From Nitrosopumilus maritimus SCM1 (GTDB lineage: Archaea; Thermoproteota; Nitrososphaeria; Nitrososphaerales; Nitrosopumilaceae): 32,000 nucleotides of DNA. The notes beneath the pieces were generated by a model. The model saw only the letters and a program-made list of their open reading frames with translations, had not been told where the DNA came from and did no database searches. The position numbers were made by a program, and so were the translations under genes. Shown in pieces: positions 10,278 through 19,300 of the stretch (the stretch's first letter is position 1; each line of letters starts with the position of its first letter). The stretch lies in NCBI RefSeq assembly GCF_000018465.1, contig NC_010085.1:1080001-1112000 (forward strand), read 5' to 3'.

Positions 10278-10794
10278 GTTTAGTGTCGCTGATGCCACAA
10301 CTACTACATCTGTAAAGTGTCGATTTTTCTAAAAACTGTTCTGCTTTCATTTCAGATCCGCAACAAGGACAAGAGAATTTTTCAGGTTCGGGGGATTTTC
10401 GAACAACATAATCGGGTTTTGGTTCAACAATCTCACCTACATTGCATGAAGGATTGTAACGTACTTTGATTTTGTTTAGTACACTTTCTCGATGTTCTTT
10501 ACTTGCATCAAACAAAGGCAATATTGCAAGATATAGTGACTTTTCAGAGCCTGATTTTTCAACCCAGCATTTGAAACCTGGATGTTGGACAAAAAATGAT
10601 TTATCGTCTGTTTTTTCACAGTCACCAGCATAAACAATGTTGAATCGGTCTTTATCCCTAGACATTATCAAAAACACTAGTTTTTCCATTGGTGGCCCCC
10701 ATTCATCAAGAGGAATAGGTCCTAGGAACTCATATTGTAGAATTTGAATGCTCAACAGAGGTATTTTGAAGAACTGACTTTTCTTCTTTTCCAA
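10267..10794 (-). CDS. Hypothetical protein with C-terminal zinc ribbon
   Basis: CPCCGSEMKAEQF...YRCSSCG; true start may be internal (MEKLVFLIMSRDKDRFNIVYAG). Confidence 0.65.
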   Translation of the reverse strand: MEKKKSQFFKIPLLSIQILQYEFLGPIPLDEWGPPMEKLVFLIMSRDKDRFNIVYAGDCEKTDDKSFFVQHPGFKCWVEKSGSEKSLYLAILPLFDASKEHRESVLNKIKVRYNPSCNVGEIVEPKPDYVVRKSPEPEKFSCPCCGSEMKAEQFLEKSTLYRCSSCGISDTKLNS

Positions 10795-10875
10795 GAAAAT
10801 TGCCTAATGGTATGAAATTGATCGCAAAATGATAACTTGAAAAGATTAAATTCAAGAGTAATTGATTTTTTTTAA

Positions 10876-11124
10876 ATGAAAGATCCTCACAATCATGCAA
10901 AGGTAGGATATTCTATGATTGCAGTAGCTGCTTCACTAGCAGTGATTGGAATAATGGCTTTGTTTATGGCAGACGATGTGTTATACGCAGATAATTTACA
11001 AAGAGACAGCACATTCCACTTTAACGAATGTAAAGCAAATGACTTCAAGACTGAAGGTTGTGAGAAATACTGGGATAGAATTAACAACCAAATCTCAGGA
11101 ATTTATGTGGATTTGGATGAATAG
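10876..11124 (+). CDS. Small membrane protein
   Basis: 82 aa, one hydrophobic helix SMIAVAASLAVIGIMALFMADDV. Confidence 0.6.
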   Translation: MKDPHNHAKVGYSMIAVAASLAVIGIMALFMADDVLYADNLQRDSTFHFNECKANDFKTEGCEKYWDRINNQISGIYVDLDE

Positions 11125-11127
11125 TAT

Positions 11128-11814
11128 CTAAAATCCGTTTGAATAGTCTTCTAACATGTTTTGATTCTTTGTTAAACGGTTCATTGCAAAGAATGCACCA
11201 CCAACAATACCTGCTTGATAAAATGTATACAAAAATACACCTGAAGAGGTAGGATCTGATTTTGTAAAGCTTAGTGCAAGCATTGTAAAAAATACAAATG
11301 TTCCAACAGAAGTCACAAATCGATTTAAGAATCCAGAATTCATCCCAACAATTCGTTTAGTAGCTGCTGCCATCAATGCAATACTTGTAATAATCAAAAA
11401 CGTTGCACCACCATTTGCAGTAATAAAGCTGTTAAGCCAAGGCAAAAGTCCATCTTCAAAGATGGAGACATCAGGCATGATACTACCTCCATTTATTGCA
11501 AAGTTTACAGAGCTAAACATTCCACCAATAACAAAGAAGAACAAGAAAATTTTCACAATTGAGCGTTTTAGAGGACTTCTAATTTCAGATGGTTTTACTG
11601 CTCTTTCAGTAATTCTTACACCATATAGAAAACCAACTGCCATAGCAGGAATGAACATAATATTGATTAGAATTGGAGATTGTTTGTTAATTTCATCAAT
11701 TTGGGGATGAAATATGAGGAATAAAATTACTGCAAGTGATGCAGATGCCCCAAATAAAATCAATCCTAAATACTTGTGATTATTTGATTCGTAAGTATCA
11801 GTCCAGTTATACAC
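11128..11814 (-). CDS. Polytopic membrane protein, function unknown
   Basis: 228 aa with about 6 hydrophobic segments. Confidence 0.7.
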   Translation of the reverse strand: MYNWTDTYESNNHKYLGLILFGASASLAVILFLIFHPQIDEINKQSPILINIMFIPAMAVGFLYGVRITERAVKPSEIRSPLKRSIVKIFLFFFVIGGMFSSVNFAINGGSIMPDVSIFEDGLLPWLNSFITANGGATFLIITSIALMAAATKRIVGMNSGFLNRFVTSVGTFVFFTMLALSFTKSDPTSSGVFLYTFYQAGIVGGAFFAMNRLTKNQNMLEDYSNGF

Positions 11815-11917
11815 TCTACACAGTCATGCAAAAATCATTAAAGACCAAATCCAAAAATCATTTGGTCAAATTATCAATTCTCTTTACCCTTTTTAGGACA
11901 AGTAGACAAATCAGGAC

Positions 11918-12127
11918 ATGATGTTAGGCATAGCAATAGCAATTGTTGGTTCTATAATCACAATTCTAGGGACAATATTTCATTTTCAAGGCCAGTCAGT
12001 TATTGGACCAGAATCATCATTCATGTATTCTAATCCAGATTGGATAACATATGGGTCGCAAATTATGATTATAGGAATAATCATAACCATATCAGGAATA
12101 GTAATACATGCAGTAAAGCGAAATTAG
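11918..12127 (+). CDS. Small two-helix membrane protein
   Basis: 69 aa with GIAIAIVGSIITILGTIFHF and IMIIGIIITISGIVIHAV. Confidence 0.6.
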   Translation: MMLGIAIAIVGSIITILGTIFHFQGQSVIGPESSFMYSNPDWITYGSQIMIIGIIITISGIVIHAVKRN

Positions 12128-12354
12128 TTCATTGCACGAAGTGTGATAGTACTTCGAATTTTTTTGAGTTTTCTTATTTTTGTTGTAATTACCTCGTTCA
12201 TTTGTGATTGATTATCAGTTTCAAATTCAGCAACTACATCATAACTACCAAAAGTTACCAAGCAATTTTTGACTTCAGGAATTTCCTTTAATTGAGAATA
12301 AAGTAATTGTTCTTCTCCCATTTCACAACTAATTAACATGTAGGATTTTTCCAT
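12124..12354 (-). CDS. Stand-alone Lrp/AsnC-type ligand-binding (RAM) domain protein
   Basis: 76 aa; VTFGSYDVVAEFET resembles 2163..2396. Confidence 0.7.
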   Translation of the reverse strand: MEKSYMLISCEMGEEQLLYSQLKEIPEVKNCLVTFGSYDVVAEFETDNQSQMNEVITTKIRKLKKIRSTITLRAMN

Positions 12355-12420
12355 TTCTAAATTATTTCAAATAGACACTAACTTAAACACATCTAAGAAA
12401 ATATTTTTCAAAAGCAGATC

Positions 12421-13617
12421 TCAAAAACCAGCATAAATAGGATCAGATGGTTTCATAATCTCTCTCAACAAAATTGTTGCAAAAGATCCCCTTGACAAAG
12501 TAAATTCTACAACATCATCACGAGACGAGTAATCAGAACAATCTATTGCAGCTTGTCGAAATCCTCCCTCACTGCTTACTTCTTGCATCTCTTTGATAAA
12601 GAAGTCTTTGGGAGTTATTTCTTCTTGCTGCATTATTTGTGATATATGATAATCAAATCTTGTTTTTTTGTAATATGAATATCCAACAAAAGGTATAGCC
12701 AATTTTTGATCTAATCCCTTTACAAATTTTCCAATGATTCCATTAAAATCAAAACAAACATCACCAGATTCAGATTCAAACATATTTTCACCATCAGTAA
12801 ATGCAGTACTCAGAGATTTATTGAAAATAAACGACTGGTATGCCTGAATGTAAAATCTTCTCAAAGATACGGGAATTGCACGTATTGCACGAAATGCATC
12901 ATCATGTTCAATCATTTCTTTTAGGACAATTCTTTCAATATCCATTTGTTTTGGTATTTTCTCAAAATATTGATTGTAGTTTTGTTTATCAACAAGTTTT
13001 TGTCGAATTTCATTATTTTCTTTTGAATCATAATCAGAAGTAAAAGACAAAACAAGTTCAACTGCTTTATCAAAATCTCTTTGAAGTATTGCTTTACCTA
13101 TCAAATGAGTTACAGGCCTCTTTGAGCCAAATCTTTGATACCCATAGAAATTCAAGACATTGTTAAACTCTTCAAATGAAGATAGTTTATTGGTACAATC
13201 AGAGATTTTGATTTTAAAATGATTCCCAATCATATCTTTTTTTGAAAGAGGTTTTTTTACAAAGCCAATTTTTTTCAAAGAATATTTTTCAGTTGAATAA
13301 TCTTCAATTGATTTACCTTTATTTCCAGAACAAACAAACTGTTCAGTGATTGCAGATGCATCCTTTAATCCAAGAGACTTTAGTCTAAGACCTTTCTTTC
13401 TAAAAATATCAGATAGTGCATGATTTGTATCAATTCTTTTCTTTTTTAATTTGTAAACAGCATATCCTTCTTCTTGATTAATTGAATTCAGAGTTTTTTC
13501 TAAAATTTTTTCAGAGACTTCAAAGTCTTCAGGAGTAGTACGAATTTTTCCCCCAATTCCGTCAAATTTTGTACTATAAACAGAAATTCCTATTTTAGAA
13601 TCTAAATCAGGTATCAC
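12421..13617 (-). CDS. truD: tRNA pseudouridine(13) synthase TruD
   Basis: TTPEDFEVSE, YAVYKLKKKRIDTNHAL, GNKGK, FYGYQRFGSKRPVTHLIGKAI are TruD family motifs. Confidence 0.93.
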   Translation of the reverse strand: MIPDLDSKIGISVYSTKFDGIGGKIRTTPEDFEVSEKILEKTLNSINQEEGYAVYKLKKKRIDTNHALSDIFRKKGLRLKSLGLKDASAITEQFVCSGNKGKSIEDYSTEKYSLKKIGFVKKPLSKKDMIGNHFKIKISDCTNKLSSFEEFNNVLNFYGYQRFGSKRPVTHLIGKAILQRDFDKAVELVLSFTSDYDSKENNEIRQKLVDKQNYNQYFEKIPKQMDIERIVLKEMIEHDDAFRAIRAIPVSLRRFYIQAYQSFIFNKSLSTAFTDGENMFESESGDVCFDFNGIIGKFVKGLDQKLAIPFVGYSYYKKTRFDYHISQIMQQEEITPKDFFIKEMQEVSSEGGFRQAAIDCSDYSSRDDVVEFTLSRGSFATILLREIMKPSDPIYAGF

Positions 13618-15215
13618 TCTACTGTCACTGTAACATATTTGCTAACCGCAATATCAGATAATTGTATTCCAATTAGAACATTATATTTTCCAGGAATTGC
13701 ATCACCAGATGCAGAAATATTCGTATGAATTGGTTGAGATGTACCAGAAACCAATTGGAAAGAATCAGGACTATCGTGTGAGAGTTCCACACTCAAAAAG
13801 TCATGAGAACTAGTTAGAATCAAAGAGCCGCCTAACGTGTTATTTGATTTTGGAGATACAATAAAGTTGAAATGTTTTGAATCGCCTGGACTTAGAGAAA
13901 TCATTTCTGATTCTAATTGGATTTCAACAGGTAGTGGAACAGAAGTATCAACTACACCGATGTTATTTTCAACCCATTGAGTAAACCAAATTTTTTCACC
14001 ATCTACAGCAAAGTCAAAGATTTGAGCTAATCCGCAGTCAGCTAACATTAAACCAGTTCCAGGATCACAATCCCCCCAATAAGGATTCTTTGAAGGGACG
14101 TGATATTCTACCAGAGAGTTTGATTTTGGATCAAATACAGATATGTTATTTGCATTTTGTTCATTGAAGATAATTCTTCCTTGTTCATCAGAATCAATCC
14201 AATATGGTCTAGAAATAGGAGATTTGATTACGCCGGTTTGGTTTCCATATGTGCTAAGTAATGGATCTGCTGTGACATATTGTACAAATTCTTCAGTAAT
14301 TGGATCAAAGCTAAAGAAAGATGAGGAAGTTGTATCGGCTAACCAAATTTTTCCATCATCAAATACAGCTCCATTTGGAGTCAATAATGTGACAGGCAAT
14401 TGATAAATTTCTGTAAACATTTCTCCTGCAAAGAATTCTTGTCCAGATTCTTGAACTTCATTTCTATAACCATCATAATCAAATTTTACTAAAACTCCGC
14501 CCTGTTGGAACAACCAATTTGTATACCACACATTACCATCTTCATCTAAAGTAAAATCAGCAGTTACAGAATTATCAACAGGAGAAGGTAGGCTGATGTA
14601 TTCAACATCTCCTGAGGATTGAGTAATATCAAAGAATGTTAGTTTGTTTCCAGTAAAATCATTAATGATTATACGAGAGCCATCAATCTGAAGTCTTTGA
14701 GGCAGCGAATCATCTGCAGAGGGATATCCAATTCGATCATATTTTTCATCAAATGTATTGAATTTCCAAATAGAATCAAATGTCTCATCAGTAAACCACA
14801 CAGAACCGTCAGGAGCATAATCAATTCCCCACATCATGGAACGTTGATTTTTTGGCCATGTAGGGTTTTCATATTCAGTAAATGATTCAGTGTTAGGATC
14901 AAATTTTGATAATTTTCCAGTATTAGTTTGTGCAAACCAAACATTTCCATCATAATCAGTAACAACTGCTAAAGGATTAGTACACTCAGTTGGAATAGAA
15001 TATTCTGTTACAAAATTAGTCGACTGGGCATCTCCAGAACCACAAAACCTAGGACGTTCTGCATCAGGAAAATTATCTGCAGGAGTTCCAGTTATTGTCA
15101 TTTCAGGACTTTCCTCATCAGGAGAAAGTCCAGGAATTGCAATTGTAACACCAGAAGTAACCATTATTCCACCTAAAAATACAAAAGCCAAAATTCCTTT
15201 GGTCCGTTTTTTCAC
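13614..15215 (-). CDS. Exported Vgb/streptogramin-lyase-like beta-propeller protein with C-terminal domain
   Basis: Signal/anchor helix, repeated DG.VWF....KFDP blades (YDGNVWFAQTNTGKLSKFDPNT, PDGSVWFTDETFDSIWKFN, EDGNVWYTNW). Confidence 0.8.
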   Translation of the reverse strand: MKKRTKGILAFVFLGGIMVTSGVTIAIPGLSPDEESPEMTITGTPADNFPDAERPRFCGSGDAQSTNFVTEYSIPTECTNPLAVVTDYDGNVWFAQTNTGKLSKFDPNTESFTEYENPTWPKNQRSMMWGIDYAPDGSVWFTDETFDSIWKFNTFDEKYDRIGYPSADDSLPQRLQIDGSRIIINDFTGNKLTFFDITQSSGDVEYISLPSPVDNSVTADFTLDEDGNVWYTNWLFQQGGVLVKFDYDGYRNEVQESGQEFFAGEMFTEIYQLPVTLLTPNGAVFDDGKIWLADTTSSSFFSFDPITEEFVQYVTADPLLSTYGNQTGVIKSPISRPYWIDSDEQGRIIFNEQNANNISVFDPKSNSLVEYHVPSKNPYWGDCDPGTGLMLADCGLAQIFDFAVDGEKIWFTQWVENNIGVVDTSVPLPVEIQLESEMISLSPGDSKHFNFIVSPKSNNTLGGSLILTSSHDFLSVELSHDSPDSFQLVSGTSQPIHTNISASGDAIPGKYNVLIGIQLSDIAVSKYVTVTVE

Positions 15216-15260
15216 AAATAAAAAAGCAAACTTTCCTTGTTATATCTTATTCCAAAATAT

Positions 15261-15635
15261 CTAAAGTAACTTCAAGTCACCAGTTACTCTATCAATCAGA
15301 TTTTCAGGAGCAGGACCAATTGAAATACAGGTTGTAGTTCCAGGAGCAATCTGAGTATGACCTGCATCAGTAACTTCAGACCAAGGTAGATTCAGATCAA
15401 TTGCATGTTTCTTTACTTCTTGCAAATCCTTTATTCCAGAAACTTTGACTACTACCTTTTCTTGTCCACCCCACCATTGGTCATACCATTCAGGATGAGA
15501 TTTTCTAACATGTTCTGCGCCAAGAACACAGGCATGTCCTACTTGTGCAGCAATTTTTCCTTTACCCATTTCAAGGTCAGTTCTAACAACAATAACCTGT
15601 TTGATATCTCCCATACTATTATCAAAAACAGGCAT
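15261..15635 (-). CDS. pth2: Peptidyl-tRNA hydrolase, Pth2 family
   Basis: QVIVVRTDLEMGKGKIAAQVGHA, TDAGHTQIAPGTTTCISIGPAPENLIDRVTGDLKLL. Confidence 0.95.
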   Translation of the reverse strand: MPVFDNSMGDIKQVIVVRTDLEMGKGKIAAQVGHACVLGAEHVRKSHPEWYDQWWGGQEKVVVKVSGIKDLQEVKKHAIDLNLPWSEVTDAGHTQIAPGTTTCISIGPAPENLIDRVTGDLKLL

Positions 15636-15776
15636 AATGAAAAACTTTTGAATTAAAGTGTTGTACTTTACGAGCTTATTTATTTTAGCGATCTAGATCA
15701 AATTTAATGAAAACCAAAGATTAGTCAGAAAATATTGCCATCATCATGCCGGAATTTTGAACTTTATTAGACAAAA

Positions 15777-15872
15777 TTAGTTTTTACAATTTTCACATAT
15801 AGCTTCAGAAGTATCTTCATCCAATTGCAAGGAAACTCCTGAAGAATAGTATTTAGAACATAAACCCTTCAT
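15777..15872 (-). CDS. Possible 31-aa Cys-rich microprotein
   Basis: Not in the ORF track: MKGLCSKYYSSGVSLQLDEDTSEAICENCKN*. Confidence 0.35.
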   Translation of the reverse strand: MKGLCSKYYSSGVSLQLDEDTSEAICENCKN

Positions 15873-16253
15873 GAATTAGATTTAGAAATATCAGATTTGC
15901 CATGCAGGTAAAAAGTTTACTCGATCAATGTAAATGATTTTTCAGTTTTGAAATTATTTGCGTTTTTCGAGATAAAAAATATGTTCAAGGAATTCTTTGA
16001 AGTAATCTGGGAATTGATCTCAGGAAATTGATTCCATTTTTCTCAATTTTTTTAATAAAAATTATGTTAGTAACAAATACAAAAATTAATTTCAGATGAA
16101 CAAAATTCTCAAAGGCCTGGAATTTTTTTAGTACACGAAAAATGTCACAAAATTTTTTCAAATGTGGGGGATAAAAAAACTATGAATGCAGTTAGAATCT
16201 AATCACAACATGAATAACGGATAGACAAACAGTTCATTCATAGTTAGTATTGA

Positions 16254-16305
16254 TACCAAGGATTGTTATTTTGAAATAACTTTCAAGTTACGGCATGCTC
16301 GATAG
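16254..16305 (-). repeat. Second copy of the S-layer leader/promoter element, with no S-layer ORF behind it
   Basis: GTTATTTTGAAATAACTTTCAAGTTACGGCATG (16265-16297) matches 21529-21561 with 2 mismatches in 33; CCAAG is also shared at the left end. Confidence 0.85.
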
Positions 16306-16337
16306 AATAATTGTCCATAACTTTCGTTAAGTGTGAT

Positions 16338-16358
16338 TCAAAAAAAAGAAAAAAAGGA
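16338..16358 (-). terminator. Poly-T transcription terminator downstream of the S-layer gene
   Basis: The + strand AAAAAAAGAAAAAAAGG is T-rich on the transcribed strand, just after the stop codon. Confidence 0.5.
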
Positions 16359-16376
16359 TAGTGTGAACTAGTTTTT

Positions 16377-19300
16377 CTAACTTACGTTGACAGTTGTACT
16401 AACTGGTGGTGATAATGCCGTAGGATTATCAACAGACTCCCAGACGAATGCAGTAGCAGTGTATGTTCCTGCTTCAGTTGGAATCCATGATAAAGCTGGG
16501 CTGAATGATTGACCGCTAGATAGTGAACCTGTAATCCATGCTAGTGAGACGGTAACACCGTTTGCATCCTGAATCTGTACCAAGTATGCAAATGATTGCT
16601 CTCTATCCTGACCATTTGCTAAGTCAGCGCTGATTTGTACCTGTTGGTCAACGGAAACAGAATCTAAGCTGTTACCGAATGCGTCAACGGCTCTCAAGTT
16701 AGCAGCTGGTGCTCTCTCGAGAGGTGGTACTACAGTGCCAATTAGTGAAGTGGCAGTAATATCAAGTTCATCTGCAGTTGTGTATGGATCAGGTAGTGTA
16801 TTGTCCTCATATTCTGCAGTGACTGTGTCACCTTCTGAAACTCTGAGTCTGTGACCAGATGACTCATTATGAACTGTGAAGAACACAGTTCCCTCAAAGA
16901 TTCCGGTTGCCTCATTAGTCTCAGTTAAAGTTAGGTCAATACCTCCGGCATCGGAGTCAGACCACACGTCAACATTAAAGTTGTCGACTGCTTCTGGATC
17001 TAAGTTCATGTCTGGATCAATTACTCTTACAACACCTGTTCCGCTAGCTGGGTAGCTTGCCTCAAGCCATTGGACTTCACCGATGTTCCATCTGATAAGG
17101 GCAGAGCCTACAATTGTCTCATCTTCAGAGAATTCGAAGGAGATAGTAAGTCCGTCATCATCGTCAGTGGCCAAGAGACCATCTGTTGGACCAGTACCAG
17201 AAGTGGTACCTTTTGCATCGCCAGTAGTTCCATCACCATCAGCATCATGGGAAGTAAATCCTGTGAGGATTACTTCACCAGTAAAGATGCCGGTGTCAGT
17301 ACCAGTCTCGACGAGTTTATAGTTGTCAAGATCAAATCCTCTGGTAGAGACCTTAATTGGATCTCTGTCAGATTCGCCGATTTCATCAACTAGGAAACTG
17401 TCAAAGTTGTGATCTGGTGCGACGATAGTAATGTATACTTTGTCAGTCCAAGTGTATACTTTTTGGTCAAGTTCTACAGTTGCTCCGAAGTTTGAAGTGT
17501 AGATTGTCAAGTTGACATCTTCATCTTCATCTCCTACATAATCAGATCCGGATGGACCCCAGTCAGTGTACTCTAGGATGATTTCCTCACCTCTTTCTAA
17601 TCTGTCACCATCAAGTTCTTCAGGAATTTCGATGACAATCTGGAAGATACCAGTAGAGTCACCTGTTTCTCTAAAGTCAGTTGGTTCTGGGTCAAATGCA
17701 GCTGCTGCGCCGGTTACACCTTTGTTACCCATGGTAGTGGTGGCGGCATCAGAGTCCCATTCGATCAAGTCCAAGTCATAGGTCTCAGCACTGTCATTGT
17801 CCAGATCAAAGTCTGGCTCAATGAGTGTTAAGATCATGTCTGAACCGATAATGTATACGGATTTGTCAGATTGTAATACACCGTTTCTTAGGTCAAATGT
17901 TGCAGAATCAGTAACAGTATTTGCATCGCCGGATGCGTCAGCTGGATCAGTGTATTCTACTTGGAGAATATCTCCTTGTAAGATACAGTATTCTTGGCCA
18001 GATGGTGCACCGTCATCAAATCTGTTGGTATCAGCCTTACCAGTAGTACCGTCGGTAGCAGTATAGATGGTGTCATGACTGTTACATTTTGCTGATGCTG
18101 GACCGTCAGTGAATTTAATGTCTAGCTCTAACTCGAAAACACCAGCATCTGGTGCGATTTCAACCATTTCACCGAAACTTCTGATGTTTGAGATGGTTCC
18201 ATTGTTACCACCAACATCAATCTTTCCGGTTCTTTCAGAAGCGCCTGCATAGCCGAGAACTACACTATCAGAACCTCTGATAACAGAGATTTTGAGTGCA
18301 TCATCTTGGTCCATGGTATCTTCACCAGATGGGTTTTCGTCAAAGTCTGGATCGTTAATTCTGACGTGGATAGTTAGATCACCATTTGCCAATTCTTCAG
18401 TGGAATCAATAGTACTAGTGACTCCTGTTGCGTGAATTGGGAATACTGATCTTCCATTTGGAGATGCGTTTGCTGCTGCATTAGATTCTCCTACCGTACC
18501 AAATGGTACTGGATAGACAGTTCTGTCAAGACTAACTGAACCAGTGTGTGCTCTGATACCTGCGGAATCACTAACCTGAATGATTTCACCAGATGCATCT
18601 CTGAAGTCAACATAGTTAACTTCGATATCAAGACCGGTTATGGTTTCAGGAGTAGCATTGTCAGATCTACACCAATCAACTGGGATTTGGAAATCACCAA
18701 CAAAGACACCACTTGCTTTACCTGTTTCAACTAGAGTGAATCCAGTTGCACCAAGACCAGTATCACTACTTGCTTGGTTGTCATCACAGGTACCTTGGGC
18801 AGTCTTCCATACTACATCATTAAAGCTAACATCTAGTAATCTACCGAGTTCACCAAAGCTGAGATCCTGTGTAGTTGCTGAACCAACAACATCAAAGGTA
18901 TCTGCTCCAGTATCAGAGACAACAGTAAAGATGTCAATAAGATCAGAGTCTACGTTAAGATCCAAGTCTTCTACAGTTATTACTACAGTGTCAGCAATCT
19001 TGTAAGAATCAGCATCTAGAGATACAACACCAGAGTGGCTTGGAGCATCTTCTTGGTCAGATACAGGAGTTGTTACACCATCTGCACCCAAGTCATTATA
19101 GTTGACTCTTGGTGCATCCTCGTCAGTAAGATCCTCAATTACGATGAATGTTGGATCATCTGCGATTGGTGTGATACCAGCGAAGGTACCAGCATCCTGT
19201 ATGTTAATTTGGTTAACCATGACATACTCAAGTGAACCTTCAAAGATACTTGTGTTGTCACCTGTCTCTTCAGCTTCAATTCTGATTATTTGGTTTGCAA

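Noticed and set aside
15744-15754. CATGCCGGAAT as a further RCATRCCGYA site
   Set aside because: Diverges right after the CCG core and has no TATA-like context; probably chance.
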